64,000 bases of DNA from Squalus acanthias (taxonomy: Eukaryota): the NCBI GenBank assembly GCA_030390025.1, contig CM059431.1, positions 129,210,001-129,274,000 on the forward strand, written 5' to 3'. Every line of letters begins with the position of its first letter. Within the stretch, counting starts at the first letter, position 1. Position numbers and translations under genes: made by a program. Under the pieces are notes generated by a model. It was not told where the DNA came from. It was given only the letters and a program-made list of their open reading frames with translations, and made no database searches. Shown in pieces: positions 1 to 11,879 of the stretch.

Positions 1-3000
1 GGGAGAGAGATCGCGGGGAGAGATCACAAGGGGAGAGAGATCGCGGGGGGGAGAGAGATCGTGGGGAGAGAGAGATCGCGGGGAGAGATCGAGGGGGGAG
101 AGAGATCGCGGGGAGAGACCGCGGGGGGAGAGAGATCGCAGGGGTAAGATCACATGGGGTGAGAGATCGCGGGGAGAGATCGCGGGGGGAGAGAGATCGC
201 GGGGAGAGATTGCGGGGGGAGAGAGATCGCGGGGTGAGTTCGCGGGGAGGGGGAGAGATCGCAGGGAGAGATCGTGGGGGGAGAGAGATCGCGGGGGGAG
301 AGAGATCGCGGGGAGAGACCGCGGGGGGAGAGAGATCGCAGGGAGAGATCACATGGGGAGAGAGATTGCGGGGAGAGATCGCGGGGGAGAGAGAGCGCGG
401 GGAGAGATCGCGGGGGGAGAGATATTGCGGGGTGAGTTCGCGGAGAGGGGGAGAGATCGCAGGGAGAGATCGTGGGGGGAGAGAGATCGGCGGGGAGAGA
501 GATCGTGGGGGAAGAGAGATCGCAGGGAGAGATCGTGGGGTGAGAGAGATCGTGGGGGGAGATCGTGGGGGGAGAGAGATCGCGGGGGGAGATCGTGGGG
601 GGAGAAAGAGCGCGGGAGGAGAGAGATCGCAGGGGGAGAGAGATCGCCGGGAGAGATCGCGGGGGGAGATCGCGGGGAGGGGGAGATCGCGGGGAGGGGA
701 GAGAGCGCGGGGAGGGGGAGACATCGTGGGGAGGGGAGAGATAGGGGGAGGGGAGAGATTGTGGGGAGGGGGAGATCGCGGGGAGAGGAGAGATCGCAGG
801 AGTGGGGGGATCACGGGGAGGGGAGAGATCGCGGGAGGGGAGAGATCACGGGGAGAGATCACGGGGAGAGATCGCGGGGAGGGGGATGATCGCAGGGGGG
901 GAGATCACGGGAAGGGGGAGATCATGGGGGGAAAGATCGTGGGGAGAGGTCGCGGGGAGAGATCACGGAGAGAGATCGCGGGGAGGGGGAGATCGCGGGG
1001 AGAGATCGTGGGGGGGAGAGATCACGGGGAGAGATCGTGGGGGGGAGAGATCGTGGGGAGAGATCGCGGGGGGAGATTGCAGGGAGAGATCGCGGGGTGA
1101 GATCGCAGGGGAGAGAGATTGCGGGGCGAGATCGCGGGGGGAGATCGCAGGGAGAGATCGCGGGGGGAGAGTGATCGTGGGGCGAGAGAGATCGCGGGGA
1201 GAGTTTGTGGGGAGAGATTGCGGGGGAAGAGAGATCGTGGGGAGATATCGTGGGGAAAGATCGCAGGGAGAGATCACGGGAAGAGATCACGGGGAGCGGG
1301 AAATCATGGGGGGGAGATCGCGGGGAGAGAGTGATCACGGGGAGCGAAGAGATCGCGGGGAGGGAGGAGGTTGCGGGGAGAGATTGCGGGGGGAGAGAGA
1401 TCATGGGGAGAGATCGCGGGGAGAGATCGCGGGGGGAGAGTGATCGTGGGGCGAGAGAGATCGCGGGGAGAGAGATCGCGGGGGAGAGAGATCGCAGGGA
1501 GCGATCAAGGGGAGAGAGAGATCGCGGGGAGAGATCACGGGGAGAGAGATCGTGGGGAGAGATCGCCGGGAGAGAGAGATCGCGGGGAGAGAGAGATCAC
1601 GGGGAGAGAGATTGCGAGGGGAGAGAGATCACGGGGAGAGATCACAGTGGGAGAGAGATTGCGAGGGGAGAGAGATCACGGGGAGAGATCACAGTGGGAG
1701 AGAGATCGCGGGGGGAGAGAGATCGTGGGGAGAGATCACGGGGAGAGAGATCGCGGGGGGAGAGAGATCGCAGGGAGAGATCAAGGGGAGAGAGAGATCG
1801 CGGGGAGAGATCACGGGGAGAGAGATCGCGGGGAGAGATCGCGGGGAGAGAGATCGCGGGGGGAGAGAGATCGCAGGGAGAGATCAAGGGGAGAGAGAGA
1901 TCGCGGGGAGAGATCACGGGGAGAGAGATCGCGGGGAGAGATCGCCGGGGGAGAGAGATCGCGGGGAGAGAGAGATCGCAGGGAGGGGGGAAATCGTGGG
2001 GAGAGATCGCGGGGAGAGATCGCGGGGAGGGGGGAGAGCATGGGGAGGGGGGAAATCGCGGGGATTGAGATCACGGGAGGGTGGAGATCACGGGGAGGGG
2101 GATATCGTGGGGAGGGGAGATTGCAGGGGGGAGAGATCGTGGGGAGCGGGTGATCGCGGGGAGGGGAGAGGTCGCGGGGAGGGGGAGGTCACGGGGAGGG
2201 GGAGATCGCGGGGGGTAGCGATCGTGGGGCGGGGAGAGATCACGGGGAGGGGAAATCGCGGGGGAGAGAGATCACGGGGAGAGATCACAGGGGGAGAGAG
2301 ATCGCGAGGGGAGAGAGATCACGGGGAGAGATCACAGTGGGAGAGAGATCGCGGGGGGAGAGAGATCGCGGGGAGAGATCACGGGGAGAGAGATCGCAGG
2401 GAGCGGAGAGATCGTGGGGAGGGGGGAAATCGCGGTGAGAGATTGTGGGGGGAGAGAGATTGTGGGGAGAGAGCGCAGGGAGAGATCACGGGGAGGGGGT
2501 GAGATCGCGGGGAGAGATCACGGGGAGGGGGAGATCGCGGGGGGGAGATCGCGGGGGGAGAGAGTTCGCAGGGAGAGATCGCGGGGAGAGAGATCGCAGG
2601 GAGAGAGAGATCGCAGGGAGAGATCGCGGGGAGAGAGATCACGGGGGGAGAGAGATCGCAGGGAGAGATCGCGGGGAGAGAGATCGCGGGGAGAGATCGC
2701 CGGGGGAGAGAGATCGCGGGGAGTGATAGATCGCAGGGAGAGATCGTAGGGAGAGATCACGGGGAGGGGGAGATCGCGGGGAGGGGAGAGATCACGGGGA
2801 GGGGGCAGATCGCGGGGAGGGGGAGATCGCGGGGAGAGGAGAGATCACGGGGAGGGGGAGATCGCGGGGAGGGGGAGATCGCGGGGAGGGGGAGATCACG
2901 GGGAGGGGAGAGATCACGGGGAGGGGAGAGATCGCGGGGAGCGGGGGATATCGCGGGGAGGGGAGAGATCGCGGGGAGCGGGGGAGATCGCGGGGAGGGG

Positions 3001-6000
3001 AGAGATCGCAGGGGGAGAGAGATTACTTGGAGAGATCGCGGGGAGAGATTGTGGGGAGAGATCACTGGGAGAGATCGCGGGGAGGGAGAGAGATCGCAGG
3101 GAGAGGAGAGATCGGGGGAGGAGGAGCGATCGTGGGGAGGGGGAGATCGCGCGGAGAGGAGAGATCGCAGGAGGGGGAGATCACGAGGAGGGGGAGATCG
3201 CGGGGGGGAGAGATCGCGGGGGGGAGAGATCACGAGGAGGGGGGAGATCGCGGGGAGGGGAGAGATTACGGGGAGGGGGGAGATCGCGGGGAGGGGAGAG
3301 ATTACGGGGAGTGGGGAGATCACGAGGAGGGGGGAGATCGCGGGGAGGGGGGAGATCACGGGGAGGGGTGAGATCACGGGGGGGAGAGCTCGCGGGGGGG
3401 AGAGATCACGAGGGGGAGAGATCGCGGGGAGGGGGGAGATCGCGGGGAGGGGAGGGATCACAGGGAGGGGGGAGATCGCGGGGAGGGGGGAGATCGCGGG
3501 GAGGGGGGAGATCGCGGGGAGGGGAGAGATCACGGGGACGGGGGAGATCGCGGGGAGGGGAGAGATCACGGGGAGGGGGGAGATCGCGGGGAGAGGAGAT
3601 ATCACGGGGAGGGGGAGATCGCGGGGAGGGGGAGATCGCGGGGAGTGATAGATCGCAGGGAGAGATCGCGGGGAGAGATCGTGGGGAGGGGGAGAGATCA
3701 CGGGGGGAGATAGCAGGGGAGAGAGATCGCAGGAATAGATCACGGGGGGAGATCGCAGGGAGAGATCGCGGGGGAGAGAGATCGCGGGGAGAGATCGCGG
3801 GGAGAGATTGCTGGGGAAGAGATATCGTGGGGAGAGATCGTGGGGAAAGATCGCAGGGAGAGATCACGGGGAGAGATCACGGGGAGGGCGAAATCACGGA
3901 CGGAGTACGCGGGGAGAGAGTGATCACGGGGAGCGGAGAGATCGCGGGGAGGGGGGAGGTTGCGGGGAGAGATTGCGGGGGGTGAGAGATCATGGGGAGA
4001 GATCGCAGGGCGAGATCGCCGGGAGAGATCGCGGAGAGGGGGAAAGATCGCGGGGAGAGATCGCGGAGGGGGGGAGATATCGCAGGAAGAGATCACAGGG
4101 AGAGATCGCGGGAGGAAAGAGATCACGGGGAGAGATCGCACGGGGAGAGAGATCGCGGGGGGAGACCACGGGGAGAGAGATAGCAGGGAGCGGAGAGATC
4201 GTGGGGAGGGGGGAGATCGCGGGGGGAGATCGCGGGGAGAGATATCGCAGGGAGCGGAGAGATCGTGGGGAGGGGGGAAATCGCGGTCAGAAATTGTGGG
4301 GGAGAGAGATCGTGGGGATAGATCGTGGGGAGAGATCGCAGGGAGAGAGCACGGGGAGTGGAGAGATCGCGGGGAGAGATCACGGGGAGGAGGAGATCGC
4401 GGGGGGGGAGATCGCGGGGTGGGGGAGATCACAGGAATTGAGATCGCGGGAGGGGGGAGATCACGAGGAGGGCGGAGATCACGTGGAGGGGGGGAGATCG
4501 CGGGGAGGGGGGGAGATCGCGGGGAGGGGAGAGATTGCTGGGGGAGAGAGATCGCGGGGAGAGATCGCGGGGAGGGGAGAGATTGCGGGGGGAGTGAGAT
4601 CGCGGGAAGAGATCGCGGGGAGAGATCACGGGGAGAGATCGCGGGGAGAGATCGTGGGGAGAAATCACAGGGAGAGATCGCGGGGAGAGATCGCGGGGGG
4701 GAGAGAGATCGCGGGGAGCGGGAGATCGCGGGGGGGAGAGATCGCGGGGGGGAGTGATCGCAGGGATGGGAGAGATCGCGGCTAGGGGGAGATCGCGGGG
4801 AGAGATCGTAGGGAGAGATCGCGGGGTTGGGGAGAGATCACGGGGAGAGATCACTGGGAGAGATCACTGGGAGAGATCGCGGGGAAGAGAGATCAGGGGG
4901 AGAGATCGTGGGGGGAGAGAGATCGCGGGGGGAGAGAGATCGCGGAGGGAGAGAGAACACGGGGAGAGATCACGGGGGGAGAGAGATCGCGGGAGTGGGG
5001 GGATCACGGGGAGAGATTACGGGGAGAGATCGCGGGGAGGGGGATGATCGCAGGGGGGGAGATCACGGGGAGAGATCACAGTGGGAGAGAGATCGCGGGG
5101 GGAGAGAGATCGCGGGGAGAGATCACGGGGAGAGAGATCGCAGGGAGCGGAGAGATCGTGGGGAGAGGGGAAATCGCGGTGAGAGATTGTGGGGGGAGAG
5201 AGATTGTGGGGGGAGAGAGCGCAGGGAGAGATCACGGGGAGGGGGGTGAGATCGCGGGGAGAGATCACGGGGAGGGGGAGATCGCGGGGGGGAGATCGCG
5301 GGGGGAGAGAGTTCGCAGGGAGAGAGAGATCGCAGGGAGAGAGAGATCGCAGGGAGAGATCGCGGGGAGAGAGATCACGGGGGGAGAGAGAGATCGCAGG
5401 GAGAGATCGCGGGGAGAGAGATCGCGGGGAGAGATCGCCGGNNNNNNNNNNNNNNNNNNNNNNNNNNNNNNNNNNNNNNNNNNNNNNNNNNNNNNNNNNN
5501 NNNNNNNNNNNNNNNNNNNNNNNNNNNNNNNNNNNNNNNNNNNNNNNNNNNNNNNNNNNNNNNNNNNNNNNNNNNNNNNNNNNNNNNNNNNNNNNNNNNN
5601 NNNNNNNNNNNNNNNNNNNNNNNNNNNNNNNNNNNNNNNNNNNNNNNNNNNNNNNNNNNNNNNNNNNNNNNNNNNNNNNNNNNNNNNNNNNNNNNGCGGG
5701 GAGAGATCGCGGGGAGGGGGAGATCGGGGAGGGGAGAGATCGCGGGAGGGGAGATCGCGGGTATTGAGGAAAGATGGGAGATCGCGGGGAGAGATCAAGG
5801 GGAAATGTGAGAGGGGGAGAGATCGGGGGAGGGGGAGAGGTGAGTGGGAGAGAGAAGGGGGAGGGGGGAGATGGGGGAGGGAGGAGAGGATCGCGGGAGT
5901 GGAGAGATCGCGGGGAGGTGAGAGATCGCTGGGAGGGGAGAGATCACGGGGAGGGGTGAGAGATTGGGGGGAAGGGGAAGGTCGTGGGGAGGGGGAAGAG

Positions 6001-6012
6001 ATTGCGGGGAGG
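1..6012 (+). repeat. Purine-rich satellite/minisatellite, consensus about (GGGGAGAGATCGC)n, 11-17 bp units; contains an N gap
   Basis: Hundreds of GATCGC/GATCAC/GATCGT/GATTGC cores separated by G/GA runs; the + strand is almost free of pyrimidines outside the core. Confidence 0.97.
5442..5695. other. Assembly gap (N run)
   Basis: Run of n characters. Confidence 1.
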
Positions 6013-6383
6013 GGTAGAGTTTGCAGCATGTTTTCTTGAGGGGGCCGGGTGAAGCACTCCTTCTCCTTACGACCCACAACCTACTGGATCTGGCAGCTCC
6101 GACCTTTCTTTATCTGCCGGGTTTCCCGAACCCTGGGAAACCCGGCCCGCAGCTGTTAAATTCAAATTGATGATAAAATCTGAGACATATAAACTCATTT
6201 AAATATTATAATTACCGCCCCCGTCCCTGCAGAATGCGTTATTCATCCAACCCCAAACCTACCCCGGTTAAACTGGACATAGGCGTGTTCGTGGTGCGTT
6301 GGGTTCGGGTTTCCCACTTTTTCAAATTTAACCCCCAAATTGACCCTCACACACCCATTGGAGGGGGTGGTTAAAATTACCCC
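6013..6383 (-). mobile_element. Terminal part of a non-autonomous Harbinger-type element (MITE) abutting the satellite
   Basis: Ends in TTAAAATTACCCC (TIR GGGGTAATTTT); 6041-6079 resembles the reverse complement of 36609-36650. Confidence 0.7.
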
Positions 6384-7153
6384 AGATGATCCTAATTTCT
6401 ATTATGTTTCTATTATTCTATGATTCCTCGTCAGGTCAATCAATAGCTGAAGTAAAAGCGCAGTCTAAGATGGTAATAATTATTTAGGTGAAAAGATTGT
6501 TACTTTGTTGTCACGGAGTTGGTGGTGGGAAGTGAATTGAAATAATGCCAACACTAACAGTCATTTGCATTGGTTGAAGGCTATTCACCAATACACACAT
6601 CTCTCCAGCAGCAAAACCATTATTACAAATAATACCTTGCAATTATAACAAATAGCCATTCCAAGTTAGAAAATGCCAACTAACTTGGCTAGAAAATTAA
6701 AATAAGTTACATTAAGTCAAATAAAACTTAGATTATGCATTAATAAACCTTACATTAGGCATGAATGTCCTACTGCTTCTCATCAGTACCATCTTTAATA
6801 ATAAAAAATCAAGTGGGAATTAAGATCAAGTGAGATAAAGTAAGGTGCTTCTTGATTTAAATCAAGCATTAATTATTTAACTGCAATATTTATGATAATA
6901 TACATTATTCATCTATTATTTTCAATGGCATTTTAGACATTTTATTGGCATCTTTATTGGTGAATCAGTTAAATCAGTTTTCTATTCTAACAACATGTCA
7001 ATGTAGGCATTAAAATATTATTGAAACCTATTTCTACATTAAATCTAAATTGTGCTATGAATGTATTTTTTCTTTTTGTACTAGTGCTGGGATGAATATT
7101 AATGGTACTGAATGGTATCGCTAACAAATTTTTCCATGTTAGTTTTCTGCTTT

Positions 7154-7381
7154 CATAGAATCATCATAGAATCGTAGAATTATAGAATAGTACAGCACAG
7201 AAGGAGGCCATTCGGCCCATCAAGTCTGCACTGGCTCTTTCGAAAAGCAATCCAGTTAGTCCCACTCTCTGGCTCTTTCCCCGTATCCCTGCAATTTTTC
7301 TCCTTCAAGTATTTATCCAATTCACTTTTGAAAGCTACTACTGAATCTGTTTCCACCACCCTATCAGGCAGTGCATTCCAG
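7154..7381 (-). mobile_element. CR1 LINE 3' end
   Basis: (TTCTATGA)-type tail and GGGCCGAATGGCCTCC motif on the minus strand; WNALPDRVVETDSVVAFKSELDKYL is an ORF2 C-terminus. Confidence 0.9.
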
Positions 7382-7875
7382 GCTATTGCTGGAGATAGAA
7401 GCAACATCTCGCAGTTTGCAGTAGACTGCTGCGTAAGGGAGGACACTGAGGCTCTCTATACAGGGAGAGACAGCTTCATTTCACTCTCACTTTTCAGAGA
7501 CAAGCAGGTGAAGCGAGCATGAGGGTTTGCAAAGATTTCAGGATTCTCCACGGTGCAGGGTGCCATTGACTGCACGCACATTGCCTTGCGTGCAGCTCAT
7601 GTTAACTCGGCCATTTTCATGAACCGAAAGGGATTCCATTTGCTCAGTGTCGAGCTGGTGTGCTGACACAGGCAGTGCAACATGCAGGTGAATGCCCATT
7701 ATCCTGGCAGTAGTCACGATTGCTTCATTCTGCAGCAGTCCTCTGTGCCAGCTGTATTTGAACCACCACAGCAAGTCAAGGCTGGCTACTGGGCAATAAG
7801 GGATATCCACTGATGACATGGCTCATGACTCCGGTCTGGTGCCTATGCAATGGTGCGCAGAACGCCTACAATGCC
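7382..7875 (+). pseudogene. Harbinger (HARBI1-like) DDE transposase fragment, disrupted
   Basis: Manual translation gives VQGAIDCTHIALRA..NRKGFH..YPGSSHDCFIL..WLLG(N)KGYPLMTWLMTP, with stops and frameshifts. Confidence 0.9.
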
Positions 7876-7879
7876 CTTG

Positions 7880-9788
7880 CAGCTCAACTGACCACTGAAA
7901 AAAAATTAACCTTAAAAATAATTCCCAAATAGGAGTCTTCAGCTCCTGAAGCTGAATTTTCTTCCGCACCTAAAAAAATGGGAACAGTGCTTCAGCACGA
8001 AAACAAATGGCTCGGCAAGCCAAGGATGGGGCACCCAGGGTCTTGCACGCAGCACTCCAGCTTTGTGCAGGGGGTCAACACTGCAAGAGAGGTCCTCTAC
8101 CCACAGGGGCCAGGAGGCCCTCCAGAAAGAACAATGTGGAACAACATCATCGAGGCCGTCACTGCCAGCAGTGTCGCTTACACGACCTGGCTCCAGGGTT
8201 CAAAGAAACTTCAAGACCTCAGATCAGTGGTCAAGGTCAGTGAATGCATCTTCAAAAGCCATCTCCTACCAACTCCACCTCTAGCCTCAAACACTTCTCA
8301 ATGCGTGGCACCCCCCACCCCCCCCAATCACTCACCTACCAACAATCTGTACCAATCACGAGGCACGCCTCCCATTCCTTGCTTCACCTCACCTACTTGG
8401 AGGGGACGGTGCTGGCCATTCTTGGCAGGGGCATGGCTGAGCCCTTGGCCAGCATCAGGGCTGAAAGGATACAAGATGCTGGTATCCTCATACGTTATCC
8501 TCCTTCTGGCATGCATCTCTTGCTTTCCCGCCCTCCCCTCACCACAACTCCACCCTTGTGCCTTCCTCATTTCACACACCCAAGAAATGCAGCCTGCCCA
8601 GCCAGTGGTTGACCAAGAAGAACGAGAGGAGAGTGAAGAAGAAGAAGAAAAAGAAGAAGAAGAAGAAGAAGAAGAAGAAGAAACACCGTCACTCAATTTG
8701 ACACTCCCAGCCACCAGCTCCTTATGGTCAACCAGCAAGGCCATTTGCAGTGTCCCCCACTGAAAGTCAACAACCTTCCACCAGCCATGCTGCAGCCACT
8801 GGGGTAGCACTGTGTGACATCAGTAGGATAGGCAAAGGCACACACAAGAATAAGAGAATGCATACGGGTGATGAGTTGTTTTCTTGATGTCACATTGGAT
8901 GGATAGATGTAAAAAGTTGAATTAGAAAGTTTGCTTTGTGGTGGCTTTTATTTCAGTATTGTGGCTAAGAGGACACTGTGATGATCAATAACAGAGGGAA
9001 AGTAAGGTTTGGGACAAATGTTGAAAGGGGAATTGGGGTTGTGGTCACTGGTAACGCAGGCGGATGATTCCATCCTGGATATCCCGGCCAGAAGGGGGCT
9101 GTCTGGGTTGCATCCTTCCTTCTGCTTCCTCCTCTTCTGCATCTTCCTCTTCACTCTGCGAGCGGATGCTGTAAATCTGAAATGAAAGCATAAAATGCTG
9201 GAAATACTCAGCAGGCCAGGCAGCATCTCGACCTGAGATGTAAACTCTGTTCCTCTCTCCATGGATGCTGCCTGACCTGCTGAGTATTTCCAGCATTTTC
9301 AATTCTCAGAGGCTTTCCTTTACCATCCGAGGCCTGGCAAGCTTCCAGCAGCAATCCCTACTGTCCCTGCTCACATAAAAGAACTTTTAACATGTATTGC
9401 ACCAAGTCACTACTTCAATAAAATAAAATAAAATCCAGTCCAAAAGCTTAAATGAAAACTTACCCGAAAGATGTGTGTGTCCCTTTAAGAGGTGCTGACA
9501 GCATCTCTGTCAGTCTGTTGAACGCATGGTTTTGTCAGTCAGCTTAGGACCCAGCACTGAACTCAACGCTAAGGTCGAAGTTCGCTGAGGTGACGTTAAG
9601 TCGGCGTGCCGTCGCGTTCTCTTCATTTACATGTCCAGGGCCAGCAATGCTATTGGCAGTGTTAAGTCCCTCACCAAAACGGCGACCGCCAAGTCCCGCA
9701 CCAGAGAAGGGCGCTAGAGTGACGACCGCCATTTTTCACCAGGACAGCGGTGCAAGCAGGTGGCGGTAAGTGACCCAATTTCTAGACC
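7880..9788 (+). mobile_element. Non-autonomous Harbinger derivative: Myb-like exon 1 (8007-8235) with remnants of exons 2 and 3; transposase core deleted
   Basis: MARQAKDGAPR..VQGVNTAREVLYP..WLQ..KKLQDLRSVVK|gtcagt; (GAA)n at 8635-8683; right TIR CCCAATTTCTAGACC; homologous to 33031-33898 and 34359-36180. Confidence 0.8.
9163..9300. repeat. Fold-back repeat of shark Penelope-like terminal-repeat type
   Basis: AAAATGCTGGAAATACTCAGCAGGCCAGGCAGCATC ... GATGCTGCCTGACCTGCTGAGTATTTCCAGCATTTT inverted repeat; the family name is from recall. Confidence 0.6.
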
Positions 9789-9789
9789 T

Positions 9790-10035
9790 TTAACTTTACT
9801 CTATCACTGACCATCACATGTCCTCTTTCCGACAACACAAAAAAAATCCACCAAACAATGCACATTCCATCAAAATCTAAATTTATACATTCAACCATGA
9901 CATAATCATTCAAAAATAAATGAATCAACCATGTGCATTCCCTTAGTGCCTGTCTTCCATGTGCCTTTGCCTTTCCTAATGCTCCTTCGAGGTGCTTCCC
10001 CAGTGGCTGCAACATGGGTGTTGCAAGGGGGATGG
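9790..10035 (-). pseudogene. 3' end of a Harbinger Myb-like gene and adjacent spacer
   Basis: HVAATGEAPRRSIRKGKGTWKTGTKGMHMVD matches the C-terminus at 60262-60462. Confidence 0.8.
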
Positions 10036-10039
10036 AATG

Positions 10040-10655
10040 GAGTTCCTACAACGTGTACAGGATTCCTTTCTAACCCGCTATTGGATCGAGTAATGGGGAA
10101 TGAACCAGAATAGATAAGAGAAGTAAAAGTAGGGAACATCTAGGCAATAGTGACCATAATATAATAGGCTTTAAGATAATAATTGAAAAGACACAAGCAT
10201 GACAAAGACCAGGGTAATAGATTGGAGAAAAGCTGATTTTGAGGGGCTGAGAATAGACCTTGGGAAAATAAAATGGACAACAATATCGGCAAATAGTGAT
10301 GTAGAACAGCAATTTGGTTAGAAAAATAGGGAGGTCACTTATTACTTGGAAAATAAGAATCTAAATGGGGTAGAGGAGCAAAGGGATCACGGAGTACAAA
10401 TACACAAATCATTAAAAGTATCGACACAGGTTAATAAGGCCATAAAAAAAAGCAAACCAAGCACTAGGGTTTATTTCTAGAGGGGATAGAATTGAAAAGT
10501 AGTGAAGTTGTGCTAAACTTGTATTGAACCTTGGTTAGACCACATTTGGACTACTGCGTACAATTCTGGTCGCCATATTATAAAAAGAATATAGAGGCAC
10601 TGGAGCGGGTGCAGAGAAGATTTACAAGGATGATACCAGAAATGCGAGGGTATAC
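10040..10655 (+). mobile_element. CR1 LINE ORF2 fragments (deleted)
   Basis: [46 protein letters not shown]. Confidence 0.85.
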
Positions 10656-10659
10656 CTAA

Positions 10660-11878
10660 CAGTGACGGTATCTGTTCATCTTCAGTTTCTTCTTCCTATT
10701 CCTCCACTGACTGGGCAGGTTGCAGTTCTTGGATATCTGAAACAAAAAAGGGACAAGGGTTGGTTTGTGGAGAGGGGAGAAGAGAAAGTAAGAAGGGCAT
10801 GCTTACACCCTCTGCAGCTTCTCAGTCAGAAGAGATTGAGGGATGAGGAAGAAGTGTGATGAGAGAAGGAGGATTAGGTATGCTGATACCCTCATCATCA
10901 ATCGCTTCAGCACTGCCAGTGGCCATGGCCTCAGTGATGCCCCTTCCCATGATGGCCAAACTGTCTCCTCCATGGGTGTTAAAACATGCAGCCGCACTTG
11001 TCCTCCTCCAGTTTGTTGCTGATGCCGGCTGTTATACGCCACCTTCTCCTGCAAGAAAATGGGAAGTGTGTCAGTGGGTGTCTTGCAATATGTTTGGGTG
11101 ATGTGGCTGTTATGGTTGAATAGCTGCCAGTGTGTGCGAGCTGTGAGTTGTGGGTGCGAGGCTTGCAACAGTGCTAAGTGTGTGAGGGTGAGGTAAAGCA
11201 TTTGAATTGTAGGGTTGAGTACAAATTGATAGAGGTTGTTGGTAGGTGGGTGATGAGGGTGTAGTGAATTGAGCAGTGGATGAGGCTAGTGGTACAGTTG
11301 GTATGATGTGCCATTTGAAGATGAACTCACTTACCTTGACAAATCGTGTGAGATCATTAAACTACTTCCTGCACGGCATCCATGTTGTTGAAGCAACACA
11401 CCTGGCATTGACCCCCGCCGCTACTTCTTCCCACTGCCTCCTGAGCATCTGTCTGGAGGGCCTCCTGCCCCATTGTGGATACAGGACATCTCTCCTTTCC
11501 ACCTGTTCCATCAACACCTCATGTGCAGTGTCTGAAAACCTTGGTTAACGCCCTCTCGCATGTTCAGCCATTGCTCAAAGTTTCAGAGCTCAGATTCAGT
11601 TTTCAAATGACTCCCACCATTTCTTTCAGCCACAATGCACCGCCCCTTTACGATGTGCAGGCTGCCTTTAAGTAGCGCTAGCCACTCGGGATATCAGACC
11701 CCCTGCTGACGCATGCAGCCAATTAGCAGCATGGGTAGTGCTGGCTGCACACAGCAATCATGTAAAGCAGCAGACAGCACGAATTTACCATGCTGCCTGC
11801 AATGCAATGAACGGGTGCAGGTTAATCACGTACCGCGATCCCCACGCCTGTTTTCGGATGTTAGTCAATTTCTCCTCC
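10660..11878 (-). pseudogene. Harbinger Myb/SANT-like gene 5' part (exon 1 11571-11335, exon 2 about 11049-10885) and element terminus
   Basis: MAEHARGR*PRFSDTAHEVLMEQVERRDVLYP..QWEEVAAGVNARC..W..CRK*FNDLTRFVK|gtaagt; EKVAYNSRHQQQTGGG; the terminus 11810-11878 resembles 61840-61903. Confidence 0.85.
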
Positions 11879-11879
11879 T

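Noticed and set aside
1..6012. CRISPR array or telomeric repeat
   Set aside because: No unique spacers, no cas genes, eukaryotic context, and no TTAGGG units
159..6079. Many long Arg/Gly/Glu-rich and Pro/Ser-rich ORFs
   Set aside because: These are translations of the satellite in all six frames; stop codons are rare because of composition, and several ORFs cross the N gap
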